A stretch of DNA of 64,000 nt, taken from the IMG/VR virus record IMGVR_UViG_3300007640_000027, one strand, 5' to 3'. Source of the DNA: a virus. Shown one piece after another: positions 1-10,589 of this stretch; the stretch's first letter is position 1; each line of letters opens with the position of its first letter. A program made the translations under genes and the position numbers. The notes under the pieces were generated by a model. It had not been told where the DNA came from. It saw only the letters and a list, made by a program, of their open reading frames with translations, and did not search any database.

Positions 1-6
1 AATCAA

Positions 7-966
7 TTGACTAAATTTGGTAGTTTAATGTATGAATCAAAATGGCCAGGTTTAGAAGATGGAGATGAAGTTTTAGCTACACCGATGACTTGTACCGCCT
101 CAAACTGGCCTATATTGGCAAATAATCTTAAAATAAAATGGGTAGATATTGACCCAACTACTTTAAATATGGATTTAGATGATTTAGCCAGAAAAATTAC
201 ACCAAAAACAAAAGTAATAATGTTGGTACATTGGGGTGGTTATCCGAATGACTTAGAAAAAGTTAAACAAATTCAAGAAAGAGCATATAGTATGTATGGT
301 TTTAAACCCGCTATTATTGAAGATGGTGCACACTCTTTTGGTTCAGAATACAAAGGTAAACTTATCGGTACACATGGTAATTTAACAATGTTTTCTTTAC
401 AAGCAATTAAACATATAACATCTGTAGATGGTGGGTTGCTTTTTTCACCACATAAAAAATTAAATGACAGGGCAAGGTTAATTAGGTGGTATGGTATTGA
501 CAGAGACAGTGATAGAAAAGATTTTAGATGTGAGGCCGATATTGAGGAATGGGGTTTTAAGTTTCATATGAATGATGTTTGCGCTACGGTTGGTATTGAA
601 AATTTAAAACATGCTGATGAAATTATTAGTAAGCATAGAGAAAATGCCAAATACTACGATGAAAACTTAAAAGAGGTAAATGGTGTTACATTGTTAAAAA
701 GAGAAGATGGTTTTGATTCTGCATTTTGGATATACTCAATGTTAGTTGAAGATAGAGATGGTTTTTATAAACATATGGAAAAACACAATATTTCAGTATC
801 TCAAGTTCATGAAAGAAATGATAAACACACTTGCGTTAGAGAATATGTTAGTAATCTACCTAATTTAGATAGAACAATAAACAAAATTGTTTCAATACCT
901 GTTGGTTGGTGGGTAACACCTGAAGAAAGAGAATATATTGTTGAGACAATAAAAAAAGGTTGGTAA
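7..966 (+). CDS. DegT/DnrJ/EryC1/StrS PLP-dependent sugar aminotransferase (5' end probably outside window)
   Basis: GDEVLATPMT, VHWGGYP, IEDGAHSFG, FSLQAIKHITSVDGG (PLP lysine) motifs. Confidence 0.92.
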   Translation: MTKFGSLMYESKWPGLEDGDEVLATPMTCTASNWPILANNLKIKWVDIDPTTLNMDLDDLARKITPKTKVIMLVHWGGYPNDLEKVKQIQERAYSMYGFKPAIIEDGAHSFGSEYKGKLIGTHGNLTMFSLQAIKHITSVDGGLLFSPHKKLNDRARLIRWYGIDRDSDRKDFRCEADIEEWGFKFHMNDVCATVGIENLKHADEIISKHRENAKYYDENLKEVNGVTLLKREDGFDSAFWIYSMLVEDRDGFYKHMEKHNISVSQVHERNDKHTCVREYVSNLPNLDRTINKIVSIPVGWWVTPEEREYIVETIKKGW

Positions 967-1388
967 TGAAATTGAGACCATTAACCATAAATGATATTGA
1001 TTTCTTACTTGAAGTTAGAAATGATGATTCTACACGTAGATTTTTAGAAAATGATTCTATTTTTACGTATGATGAAAGTTTAAATTGGTTTAATACTACA
1101 AAACCTAATTGGTTTATTATTGAAGTCAATAACGAAAGAGTTGGTTATATTAGAACTAATGGTGATGAAGTTGGTTGTGATATTCATCCTAATTTTCGCA
1201 GAAAAGGTTATGCTCGTCAAGCTTATTTAGAATACTTAAAAGATAAATCATACGCCACTTTATGGGTTTTTGAAAATAACTTTGCAAAAAACTTATATAA
1301 ATCTTTAGGTTTTATAGAAACAGGTGAAGTTAAAATCATTAGAAATCAAAAGTATATATTTATGAAATATGAAAGAAGAAATAGTTAA
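966..1388 (+). CDS. GNAT N-acetyltransferase (PseH/RimL-like)
   Basis: Acetyl-CoA motif IHPNFRRKGYA and C-terminal AKNLYKSLGF; ATG overlaps the aminotransferase stop. Confidence 0.85.
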   Translation: MKLRPLTINDIDFLLEVRNDDSTRRFLENDSIFTYDESLNWFNTTKPNWFIIEVNNERVGYIRTNGDEVGCDIHPNFRRKGYARQAYLEYLKDKSYATLWVFENNFAKNLYKSLGFIETGEVKIIRNQKYIFMKYERRNS

Positions 1389-1998
1389 TAAAATTTTTAT
1401 TGGTGGTTTTGGTGGTACGGGAAGTAGAGTTATTACTGAAATATTTGAAGCGTTTGGATACTATATCGGAAGAGAAATTGGTGGAAATTCATTAGATTTT
1501 GGTAAAGGTAAATTTGTAGGTGCATTTGACAGATCTTGGAGAGTTAAAAATTTTAATGAAGTTATTAAGTTTATTAAAGATAATCTAAAAAACTCAGATC
1601 GTTTTGCCATTAAACATGGTCATTTTATGTTTATTAATGATGTACTTAAAGAAAATTTTCCCGGATGTAAAACAGTATATATTATGAGACATCCAATAGA
1701 TATGGCGGTTAAAAATCAATATAAACCTCATTGTAAATATAGTAATATTAAGTGTAATGATTTAGACGGTAAAATAAAATATTATATAAATGAATCTATT
1801 AAATCCTGTGAACAATCAGATTTAATTATAAAATATGAAGATCTTTGTGTTGATTTAGAAAATCAACTAAAAATAATTAAGCAATTTATTGGTGATAATA
1901 CTTTATTTTTACCTAAAATAAACATAAAACCTTCATCATCAACAGGTAAACAAGTACACTTATATGATAAGTACGATGTTTCAATGTTAGGGTATTAA
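1369..1998 (+). CDS. Sulfotransferase-family P-loop protein
   Basis: IFIGGFGGTGSR (PAPS-loop-like), YIMRHPID, IIKYEDL motifs. Confidence 0.7.
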   Translation: MKEEIVNKIFIGGFGGTGSRVITEIFEAFGYYIGREIGGNSLDFGKGKFVGAFDRSWRVKNFNEVIKFIKDNLKNSDRFAIKHGHFMFINDVLKENFPGCKTVYIMRHPIDMAVKNQYKPHCKYSNIKCNDLDGKIKYYINESIKSCEQSDLIIKYEDLCVDLENQLKIIKQFIGDNTLFLPKINIKPSSSTGKQVHLYDKYDVSMLGY

Positions 1999-2009
1999 AT
2001 TCGTAAATT

Positions 2010-2687
2010 ATGAATATAAAAAATCATCCAATAGAATTTTATATAGATAAGTTAAATAAAAAAGAACATTTTTCATTTACCAGATGGGGAGATGGAGAGT
2101 GGTTTTGTGCTATGGGAGTACAGGGTCAAAATTGTGACTCACATATTTACTTTCCAGAATTAAAAGATGGTCTTAATTTAGCATTAAAAAATAATAAAGG
2201 TTATTATAAGGCAATATGGAATTTAGATCATGGACAAATAAAAAATATCTTAAATAGATTACTACCTTTTTTAAATGATAATAAAATATCTGTAGATTGG
2301 GTAAATGCCGGAATATGGGAAGATGTTACTCTTAATGGTAAATTAAAAACTTTAATAGATTCTTTAGAAAAAAGAAATTTTGTAATAGTGTCAAACGATA
2401 ACTTAAAAAACTTAAACATCAAATATTGTGATTTTATTACCGTACCTTCACGTAATTGTTTTTTAGATAAAGAAAGGATTAAACTCGACATGATTAAAAT
2501 GACTGAAAAATATAAAGATGTAGTATTTGGTTTATCGGCATCTATGGCCACAAATGTAATTGTAGACGAACTTTACGATGTTATCGGAGATAGATGTACT
2601 ATGATTGATTTTGGATCTATATGGGATCCATTTGTTGGTAAACAAACTAGAAGTTATCACAGACAATATAAAACCAATAAAATATGA
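2010..2687 (+). CDS. GT-D fold (DUF1792-like) glycosyltransferase
   Basis: FSFTRWGDGE and IDFGSIWD motifs. Confidence 0.7.
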   Translation: MNIKNHPIEFYIDKLNKKEHFSFTRWGDGEWFCAMGVQGQNCDSHIYFPELKDGLNLALKNNKGYYKAIWNLDHGQIKNILNRLLPFLNDNKISVDWVNAGIWEDVTLNGKLKTLIDSLEKRNFVIVSNDNLKNLNIKYCDFITVPSRNCFLDKERIKLDMIKMTEKYKDVVFGLSASMATNVIVDELYDVIGDRCTMIDFGSIWDPFVGKQTRSYHRQYKTNKI

Positions 2688-3400
2688 TTCATTGTAGACC
2701 ATATGGTGGAATTTCAAATAGAATGAAATGTATAATTTCATGTATTGCAGAGTATGATGAAATTAATTTAATATGGAAAATACCTGAAACCGGTGGTGGT
2801 GTTAGATGTGAATTTAATGACATTTATAAAAATATCTATAAAGGACATTCAAGCAAAATAGTAAATAGTTGTAAATTTATACATGAAGAAATGAATACCT
2901 TAGAAGATGAAGAAAAAAACACATTATCTAATGAACTTAAACAAAAATACTTAAATGTAATAAAAACATTACAACCTGTTGATTATATTTTAGAAAGAGT
3001 TAAAGAAGAAAAAGATAAATTAGGTGATTTTAATACTGTTAGTGTAAGAACTTTCAGAAGTTTTGAGCAAGAGTATGAATCTTGGGGTAAATTTTTTAAA
3101 ATAGAAAATTTATTTAAAATTATGGATAATTTAGAAGGTAAAATTCTATTAACTTGTGACGATAATGATGTTACAGACGTAATAAAAAATAAATATGATG
3201 TTTATACCACACCAAAAAGAACTAAATTCGGAGATTTTACTACTGTAGAAGGTATGCAAGACATATTAATAGATCAATATTTAGGAGGTATGGCAAAAAA
3301 TTTATATGGTACAAGAATGAGTAGTTTTAGTGAAATGCAATGGTGGTTGGGACTTTGTCAGTCAAATTATATACAAATGAAATTACATGAAAAAAATTAA
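2684..3400 (+). CDS. Fucosyltransferase-like protein (NodZ/O-FucT type)
   Basis: GGISNRMK, VSVRT, LTCDD, GTRMSSFS motifs. Confidence 0.65.
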   Translation: MIHCRPYGGISNRMKCIISCIAEYDEINLIWKIPETGGGVRCEFNDIYKNIYKGHSSKIVNSCKFIHEEMNTLEDEEKNTLSNELKQKYLNVIKTLQPVDYILERVKEEKDKLGDFNTVSVRTFRSFEQEYESWGKFFKIENLFKIMDNLEGKILLTCDDNDVTDVIKNKYDVYTTPKRTKFGDFTTVEGMQDILIDQYLGGMAKNLYGTRMSSFSEMQWWLGLCQSNYIQMKLHEKN

Positions 3401-3557
3401 TAAACTTTTCAGAATATTAAAACTACGATTTTTGTATGGTTATATGAATTGTGAAAATTGTGGTAAATTTACAAATAAAATCACATCTATCCCTTATATT
3501 GAAGCGGGTTTTTTAGTTTGTCACAGATGTGATAAAATTGATCTAAATAATGAATAA
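3387..3557 (+). CDS. Small zinc-ribbon protein (56 aa; not in ORF track)
   Basis: Hand-translated MKKINK...MNCENCGK...VCHRCDKIDLNNE; two CxxC pairs; overlaps both neighbouring genes. Confidence 0.5.
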   Translation: MKKINKLFRILKLRFLYGYMNCENCGKFTNKITSIPYIEAGFLVCHRCDKIDLNNE

Positions 3558-3945
3558 CGTTTGGGTAAACGGTACTTTTGATGTTTTACACGTAGGACAT
3601 ATTCGTTTATTAAAATTAGCTAGTACTTTTGGGAAAGTTCGTGTCGGTATAGATTCGGATGATAGGATTAAAAAATTAAAGGGACCTGAGAGACCTTTTA
3701 ATACGATGAACGTAAGAAAAGAGATGTTGGAGTCTTTAGTTTATGTTGATAGTGTCGTAATATTTAATGATGATTATAGTTTAGTTAACGAAATAAAAAA
3801 TTGGAATTCTAAAACTATGGTCATTGGATCGGATTATAAAAACAAAAAAATAATTGGTGGTGATTTGTTTGAGAATATTATTTATTTTGACAGACTTTCG
3901 GACTACTCAACCACAAAAATTTTGGAGTTTTATAAGAATGAATAA
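3550..3945 (+). CDS. Cytidylyltransferase family (RfaE domain II/TagD-like) nucleotidyltransferase
   Basis: GTFDVLHVGH (HxGH), KGPERP, GSDY, YSTT motifs. Confidence 0.9.
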   Translation: MNNVWVNGTFDVLHVGHIRLLKLASTFGKVRVGIDSDDRIKKLKGPERPFNTMNVRKEMLESLVYVDSVVIFNDDYSLVNEIKNWNSKTMVIGSDYKNKKIIGGDLFENIIYFDRLSDYSTTKILEFYKNE

Positions 3946-3964
3946 CTACTTAAAATTTTAATAG

Positions 3965-4672
3965 ATGCCGGAAAGAGGTAAGAAGAGTTTGGATTTTAAT
4001 AACAGGAAGGATTTAATCAATCATATTATCGGTAAAAGAACAAGAAGAAAGTTTCTTTCAGAAAATCAAAAAAATTATTATGAATATCTCAGAGAAAATG
4101 AGATAACCATTTGTACAGGCCCTGCGGGTGTTGGTAAGTCTTATATTGCGATGAGAGCGGCAATTGATTTATTAATGGATAAGGATAATTCATATGAAAA
4201 AATAATCATTGTCAGACCTGCTGTTGAAGCTGAAGAAAAATTAGGTTCATTACCTGGTAATTTGGAAGAAAAATTGGATCCTTATATTTTTCCTTCATAT
4301 TATCTTTTAAATAAGATAATCGGAAAAGATGCGAGAGAAAAACTTAAAGAAAATGATGTAATTGAAGTATTTGCCTTGGCATATATGAGAGGTATGAATA
4401 TAGATAATTCAATCTTGATTTTTGAGGAAGCACAAAATTCAACTCCATCACAAATGAAATTACTATTGACAAGAATCGGTTTCAATAGTAAATTTTTCAT
4501 ATCAGGTGATATTGATCAAACGGACAGATATAAGGATAAAACACAATCAGGTTTGTATGATGCGATGTCAAGGTTTAATGACATTAAAAATATTGGAATT
4601 TTTAAGTTTGAAAAAGAAGATGTTATTAGAAATCCTTTGATTGGAGAAATATTAAAAAAATATGAATCATGA
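3965..4672 (+). CDS. phoH: PhoH-family ATPase
   Basis: GPAGVGKS Walker A, RPAVEAEEKLGSLPG, AYMRG, EEAQN, GDIDQTD. Confidence 0.95.
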   Translation: MPERGKKSLDFNNRKDLINHIIGKRTRRKFLSENQKNYYEYLRENEITICTGPAGVGKSYIAMRAAIDLLMDKDNSYEKIIIVRPAVEAEEKLGSLPGNLEEKLDPYIFPSYYLLNKIIGKDAREKLKENDVIEVFALAYMRGMNIDNSILIFEEAQNSTPSQMKLLLTRIGFNSKFFISGDIDQTDRYKDKTQSGLYDAMSRFNDIKNIGIFKFEKEDVIRNPLIGEILKKYES

Positions 4673-5322
4673 AAATAGCGTTTGATATTAATGATGTTTT
4701 AAGAAACACATACGTAAAAGCATCTGAGATATACCAAAAATTTTATGTTGACGAATTCCAAGAAGAAAAAACGTCAGTTTTTGATGAGGAAAAGGAAGAG
4801 TTCATTGAAATTGATCTTGAAGACGAATTTAAGTATGAATTAAATTTGCCGATTAAAGATAAATCAAACTTAATTGAAAATTTTAAATTTAAATCTGAAG
4901 ATGATTTAAATAATTTCTTTTATGTGGATTTTCCAATGCAAATTTTTGGACATGCGCCTTCATTGGACAGTAAAACATTTCAAAGTCTAAATGAGATCTA
5001 TGAGGATCTTCGTGATGATCATAATTTGTCAATTATTTCATATGAGGTTTTAAAAAGCAAACCCGCTAGTTTATTTTTCTTATCAAAATATGGTTGTTTA
5101 ATTGAAACGATTAAATTTTATTCTAATACAACATTTGATAATATATGGAAAGATCACGAAATCATTGTGACCGCCGATCCTGAAATTATAAAATCAAAAC
5201 CCAAAAATAAAACGGTTATAAAACTTGGAACAACTTATAACAAAGATTTTAATGCTGATTATGAAATTTCAGAAATAAACGATCTAAAAGATCTATATAA
5301 CCAATTAAAATTAAAAAAATGA
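4669..5322 (+). CDS. Degenerate HAD / 5'(3')-deoxyribonucleotidase-like protein
   Basis: N-terminal KIAFDINDVLR HAD motif I-like; C-terminal TTYN. Confidence 0.5.
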   Translation: MKIAFDINDVLRNTYVKASEIYQKFYVDEFQEEKTSVFDEEKEEFIEIDLEDEFKYELNLPIKDKSNLIENFKFKSEDDLNNFFYVDFPMQIFGHAPSLDSKTFQSLNEIYEDLRDDHNLSIISYEVLKSKPASLFFLSKYGCLIETIKFYSNTTFDNIWKDHEIIVTADPEIIKSKPKNKTVIKLGTTYNKDFNADYEISEINDLKDLYNQLKLKK

Positions 5323-5591
5323 TGCTAGATATATTGGGAGAAAAGTACTATATTGATTTGGATGCTTTGGATAAATTCATTTCATATAGTGTTAACATAC
5401 CGACAGGTGCAACTGAACAACACATTTCTATTGCAAAATATGAAGGGATAAAATTAATGATTGAATCTATTTTTAACGAAGAAAACGAAATTGATGAAAA
5501 TTTGGGTATTCATCACGCAAAAAATTTAACTATTCCCTTTCGTTTAGCATTTAATACATTATTAAGACATGAAATATTAAAACATTTATAA
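5319..5591 (+). CDS. Hypothetical protein
   Basis: Coupled ORF in operon. Confidence 0.6.
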   Translation: MMLDILGEKYYIDLDALDKFISYSVNIPTGATEQHISIAKYEGIKLMIESIFNEENEIDENLGIHHAKNLTIPFRLAFNTLLRHEILKHL

Positions 5592-5592
5592 T

Positions 5593-6657
5593 ATGGATAA
5601 GGAAACATTATTAAAAGTTGAAAAATCAATTCAAAATTTGAATGATAAAAAATCAAGAATATATTTCTTGGTTCAAGACACAAAAGGAAATGCCAGAGCA
5701 TCAATAAGATACATTTATCAGATGGCAAAGGTATTAAAAGATAACGGGTATAATGCAATTATTCTTCACGAAAAAAATGATTATGAAGGAGTTTCTTCTT
5801 GGTTAAGTGAGGGATATGAAGGCATTCCACATGAATCAATTGAAGAACAGAATCTACAGATTTCGCCTGAAGATTATGTAATCATTCCTGAACTTTATGG
5901 TCACGTTTTGGAACAACTATCTCAAATCCCATCAGGAAAAATCGTATTGTGTCAAGCGTATGATTATATGTTGGAGACTTTGCAACCAGGAACTTCTTGG
6001 AGTCAATATGGTTTTTTGAAGTCAATCACAACATCTGAACAACAACAGAACTATGTTGAAGGAATAATGAAGAACGTGACGTTTGATATTATTCCTCCTG
6101 TATTATCACCTGTATTTAAAGAAAAAGACAAACCGTCAAAACCAATAATTTCTATTCATACTCGTGATCAGAGAGACACTATGAAGATTATTAAATCATT
6201 TTATTTAAAATACCCACAATTCCGTTGGATCACATTCCGTGATATGAGAGGTATTAGTGAGGAACAATTTTCAGAGTATTTAAGAGACTCTTTCGTTTCT
6301 GTATGGGTAGATGATCTTTCAGGATTTGGAACCTTTCCTTTGGAAAGTATGGCGTCTAAAACACCTGTTATTGGTAAGGTACCAAACATTAAACCTGAAT
6401 GGATGAATGATGATAATGGTATTTGGACTTTCAATGTAAATGAAATGGTTGATATCGTTGCTGATTTTATTCAAAATTGGTTGGAAGATAACATTTCTGA
6501 AAAGTTATATGAACAAGGTTTGGAGACTGCAAAGAAATATCAAAATATGGAAGATTTTCAGAATATAGTACTTGAAACATTCAACAGATTTATTCAAGTA
6601 AGAAAAGAAAATTTTGAAACTCAATTAGAAAAATTAAAAGTTGAAACTAATGAATAA
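5593..6657 (+). CDS. GT-B (GT4-like) glycosyltransferase
   Basis: SGFGTFPLESMASKTPVIG resembles the GT4 donor-binding motif. Confidence 0.75.
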   Translation: MDKETLLKVEKSIQNLNDKKSRIYFLVQDTKGNARASIRYIYQMAKVLKDNGYNAIILHEKNDYEGVSSWLSEGYEGIPHESIEEQNLQISPEDYVIIPELYGHVLEQLSQIPSGKIVLCQAYDYMLETLQPGTSWSQYGFLKSITTSEQQQNYVEGIMKNVTFDIIPPVLSPVFKEKDKPSKPIISIHTRDQRDTMKIIKSFYLKYPQFRWITFRDMRGISEEQFSEYLRDSFVSVWVDDLSGFGTFPLESMASKTPVIGKVPNIKPEWMNDDNGIWTFNVNEMVDIVADFIQNWLEDNISEKLYEQGLETAKKYQNMEDFQNIVLETFNRFIQVRKENFETQLEKLKVETNE

Positions 6658-7462
6658 TATGGAAAATATAGACGTTTCGGTAATTTTGCCGATTGAAAGC
6701 ACAAAACATAAAAAATTTGACACTTTTTTTAGAACTTTTATTACATCAGTTCATAATCAACAGTTATTACCAAATGAACTTGTTATTGTTCATTCAGGTG
6801 AAGAAAATTTGGTTAGTTATCTAAATGAATTTGAATTTAGCGGTTTAACTGTTAACATTATTCAAAATGATGGACCAACTGACTTTTCAAGTCAAGTTAA
6901 TTTGGGTGTTGAAAAATCAAATAGTAAGTGGGTATCAATTGCTGAATTTGATGATGAATATTCATCAATTTGGTTTAAGAATGTAAAAAGATATATGACC
7001 GCATATCCTGAAGTTGGTGGATTTTTACCATTGGTTGTGGATGTGGATGAAAAAGGTGTATTTGCGGGTTTTACAAATGAAGCAACATTTGCGGCGAATA
7101 TGAATTCTGAAATTGGATATTTGACTAACGAAGTATTACTAAACTATCAAAACTTTCAAAGTAGTGGAATGGTTATTTTAAAAGAATTGTTCCAAGAGTT
7201 TGGAGGTTTTAAACCCTCAATGAAACTAACATTTGTTTATGAGTTCCTATTACGAATGACGTATAATTCTAATAAAATTATGACGATACCTAGAATAGGT
7301 TACAAACACACGAATATGAGAGAAGGATCCATTTTTTGGAATTACAAAAATGGTGAGAATAAGGTGACCCAAGACGAGGTTTCATTTTGGATTGAATCGG
7401 CAAAAAAAGAACATTTCTTTAAAGAAGATAGGAACATAAAATACGAAGTTCAGCATGATTAA
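6650..7462 (+). CDS. GT2-family glycosyltransferase
   Basis: VSVILP, NELVIV, QVNLGV...WVSIAEFDD (DxD-like). Confidence 0.75.
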   Translation: MNNMENIDVSVILPIESTKHKKFDTFFRTFITSVHNQQLLPNELVIVHSGEENLVSYLNEFEFSGLTVNIIQNDGPTDFSSQVNLGVEKSNSKWVSIAEFDDEYSSIWFKNVKRYMTAYPEVGGFLPLVVDVDEKGVFAGFTNEATFAANMNSEIGYLTNEVLLNYQNFQSSGMVILKELFQEFGGFKPSMKLTFVYEFLLRMTYNSNKIMTIPRIGYKHTNMREGSIFWNYKNGENKVTQDEVSFWIESAKKEHFFKEDRNIKYEVQHD

Positions 7463-8226
7463 TGTTCTTGGAAAAATTTACAGGATCTTCTGAAAATTTA
7501 TCAGAAGATCCAAAACCAAAAAAAAGAGGCAGAAAAGCTAAACAGGCAAATTATTTTGACACGCGTGAAGAAGAAGCGGTTAAAATGTTTTTGTCTGCTG
7601 ACACTTTTCAAGAAAAAAACGAAATTTATAACGAATATCTTAGACATCCGTTAGATAAGATGATATCTTCAATCATTAGAAGGTATAAACTTTATCGTAA
7701 GGATATGGATTTTCGTGAAATACATAATGACACACATTCTTTTTTGATCACCAAAGTAGAAAAATTCAAACCTGAACGTAACAAAAAGGCATATTCTTAT
7801 TTTGGTACCATATGTAAGAATTATTTAATGGGTCAGTTGATTAAGGATCAAAAGGAACAAAATAGAAAAATATCATATGAGGACATTACAAGTAAGATTG
7901 AAAATCGTCCTGATATGATTTATTATATTGAACACGAAAAAATTGATGCCGCGGATGTTATAATACGATTTACTAAAGAATTAGAACAATATATTGAGGA
8001 AACAGAATTAAACAACAATGAATTAAAATTAGGTTATGCATTGATTGACTTGTTTTCTGATTATGAAGTCATATTTCAAGGTGCAGAAAATAAAAAATTC
8101 AACAAAAATGTAATCTTACTTTCACTAAGGGAAATGACTAATTTGAACACAAAAGAAATACGTAATTCAATGAAGAAATATAAAGATCTATATTACGAAA
8201 TTGTCAAAAAGTTAAATAACCTATAA
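7462..8226 (+). CDS. T4 gp55-like late sigma factor
   Basis: KFKPERNKKAYSYFGTICKNYL resembles the gp55/sigma region 2 motif (F.P....AF.YF..I..N). Confidence 0.6.
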   Translation: MFLEKFTGSSENLSEDPKPKKRGRKAKQANYFDTREEEAVKMFLSADTFQEKNEIYNEYLRHPLDKMISSIIRRYKLYRKDMDFREIHNDTHSFLITKVEKFKPERNKKAYSYFGTICKNYLMGQLIKDQKEQNRKISYEDITSKIENRPDMIYYIEHEKIDAADVIIRFTKELEQYIEETELNNNELKLGYALIDLFSDYEVIFQGAENKKFNKNVILLSLREMTNLNTKEIRNSMKKYKDLYYEIVKKLNNL

Positions 8227-8254
8227 ATTAAATTCCGATATATTTATAGATACT

Positions 8255-8626
8255 ATGTCAAGACCAAAGAAAAAACAGATTCAACTTAATAAAGATTCAG
8301 TATTGGCACTGATGCAAGAAATCTATAATGAACTTGTGGAACAGAGAGGGACCGCTATTAGAATACAAAATAAAATGTTGGCGATGTTAAAAGATCCTGA
8401 AGATATGCAAGTTATTGGTCCTGTTATCAAAGAACAACAAAAAATTGTTAATGATACCATTGAGAAAAAACTAACTCTTTCAAAACTACAATCTTCCATA
8501 TGGGAAAAATCCACAAACACTGAAGCAGATAATTTTGTATTGAGTGAAATGGATGACGAATTTTTACAAAATCTTATCAATAAGGATGTTGATAATGAAA
8601 CAGGTGGTGATGGTTATAAACTTTAA
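8255..8626 (+). CDS. Hypothetical coiled-coil protein (late)
   Basis: ORF preceded by TATTTATA. Confidence 0.65.
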   Translation: MSRPKKKQIQLNKDSVLALMQEIYNELVEQRGTAIRIQNKMLAMLKDPEDMQVIGPVIKEQQKIVNDTIEKKLTLSKLQSSIWEKSTNTEADNFVLSEMDDEFLQNLINKDVDNETGGDGYKL

Positions 8627-8640
8627 TTAAATTTGTAAAA

Positions 8641-10587
8641 ATGCCATTAGATCTATCAAAATCATATGATGAAGCAAAAAGTAAGACGAATGCGATCAAA
8701 TCTGCAAATGAAAGTATTTCAGAAAAAGGAAGAGATTTTTTAAACAATTCTGGTAATAACTTTGAAAAAACAAAATCAGAAGCCCTAAAACAACTTAATT
8801 CTCTTGGAGATGTTCGTCAAAAAGCACAACAACAAATTAAAGGTCAGTTTGAGGAATTAATTGATTTATTGAGAATTATTGTACCTGAAAGACCGAATAT
8901 TAATTTAAAACCAAATATTAATATAAATACGATCGCACCTGAAAGACCGAATATTAATTCAAATACGATTGATTTTATATTAGAACAACTTTTACAAGCA
9001 TCTCAAAATACAAAATCAAGAATTGGTGAGATATTCACTGAAGAAACAATTAAAGCCGCTGGTTGTTCTCAAGAGGAAACATATAATCCAAATGTGCCAG
9101 TTTATATAAAGTTAAAACAAATTGACTTTAAAAAAACTTTAAAAAATTCTTTCAATCAGGGACCTTGGGATTTAGAGTATGAATCCCAATCTACAGGTAG
9201 TGGTCAATTTCCATTTTCACTTAATAGAGAATTATATAATTTAACTCAAAACCAAAGTACTTTTACATTACAAGGAATATCTAATAACAATTTATTTGAT
9301 ATTAAATATACCAATCAAAGACCATTACCGGGTGGTGGTTTTGAATTTGATGATTTTTACGAAATAATACCAAAAGCCAGACAATCAGGTAATAACATTT
9401 CTGATTTGATAAGTGATTATTTTAAATCAATAGAGATAGTAGATTTTGATAATATCATAAATAATTTAATGAACAGCATATTAAATTCATTTGATATTAG
9501 CGCAAAAATAAGTGTGGATCAAAAACAAGATCAGGATAAGTTTGGATTATTATTAAGTAGAATATTAGGTTTATGTTTTGATGATAACCAAGAAATTGAT
9601 GTTGCCGGAACAGCCAAATTAGGTCAATTAGATAATTTAGATCAATCATTTTTTCAATTTTCACCAATAGATTTAAGAATTATTGAAAATGAAATTAGTG
9701 ATTTTCAATTAGGTGTAACCGAATTTACCGATTGTGATAATATAAAACTACCGGTAAATACGGAACAAGTTCTTAATGATATTAGAGAAATAAGACAATT
9801 ACCTGATGGTCAAAAAGTGGAAGCTTTTATTGAGATGATCAATAAAACTTCAAATAATAATGATTGGAAAAACTTAATCTCACCTTCATTAAATATTAAT
9901 TTGTCAATGAAATTTGACTTATTAAGAGACTTACCTAGAACTGTATTTCTTTCATTATTAACACCAAAAGCCGTTTTGGGAATTATGGTTGCGTTAAGAT
10001 TGGTAGGTAACACGAATATTGATAGTGTTGAAGATTTTGAAACTTTTGTAACAAACTTAAGAAAATTTACGGTAAATGCCGTAACTAGATTGGGTGCAAT
10101 TTTTGTTGAAGAACTTTTTATATTATTAAAAGAAAATATAAGAGAACTTGTTCAGATTTTATTATTGGAAATTGCAAAAGAAACAACAAACAAACAAATT
10201 ACAATTATTACAAGAATTTTATATGTACTTTTACAATTAACCAATGCAATAATTGATTATAGGAAATGTGAAAGTGTAATAGATGAAATACTAAAATTAT
10301 TGAATTTAGTTTCAATTGGTGGAATTCAAATACCATCATTTGCATTATTAAGTGCGGGATTATTACCTGGTTTTTCAAGAATAAGGGCATTTGCAAACGC
10401 AATTGAAGAAATGCAAAAAAAAGGATTACCAACAGGTGCATTACCTGATGGATCACCGAATCAAGTTTTACAATTTTTAAAATCGTCAATTGATGGTATG
10501 GATCAAGAAGAAACTGAAAATGGTAAAGTGAGTGTTGCTATGATTACACCTGCAGGTCCTGTATCACTTAACGGAAAAAAACTTTAA
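8641..10587 (+). CDS. Hypothetical large protein, probably virion/baseplate-associated
   Basis: 648 aa ORF in late operon upstream of the gp5-like gene. Confidence 0.6.
   Translation: MPLDLSKSYDEAKSKTNAIKSANESISEKGRDFLNNSGNNFEKTKSEALKQLNSLGDVRQKAQQQIKGQFEELIDLLRIIVPERPNINLKPNININTIAPERPNINSNTIDFILEQLLQASQNTKSRIGEIFTEETIKAAGCSQEETYNPNVPVYIKLKQIDFKKTLKNSFNQGPWDLEYESQSTGSGQFPFSLNRELYNLTQNQSTFTLQGISNNNLFDIKYTNQRPLPGGGFEFDDFYEIIPKARQSGNNISDLISDYFKSIEIVDFDNIINNLMNSILNSFDISAKISVDQKQDQDKFGLLLSRILGLCFDDNQEIDVAGTAKLGQLDNLDQSFFQFSPIDLRIIENEISDFQLGVTEFTDCDNIKLPVNTEQVLNDIREIRQLPDGQKVEAFIEMINKTSNNNDWKNLISPSLNINLSMKFDLLRDLPRTVFLSLLTPKAVLGIMVALRLVGNTNIDSVEDFETFVTNLRKFTVNAVTRLGAIFVEELFILLKENIRELVQILLLEIAKETTNKQITIITRILYVLLQLTNAIIDYRKCESVIDEILKLLNLVSIGGIQIPSFALLSAGLLPGFSRIRAFANAIEEMQKKGLPTGALPDGSPNQVLQFLKSSIDGMDQEETENGKVSVAMITPAGPVSLNGKKL
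8883..8959 (+). repeat. 23-bp direct repeat within CDS (PERPNIN x2)
   Basis: acctgaaagaccgaatattaatt at 8883-8905 and 8937-8959, 54 nt period. Confidence 0.85.
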
Positions 10588-10589
10588 TT

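Noticed and set aside
1-7462. Bacterial chromosomal O-antigen locus or prophage boundary
   Set aside because: Continuous with phage-type PhoH and gp55-like genes; no flippase, polymerase, integrase or att site seen.
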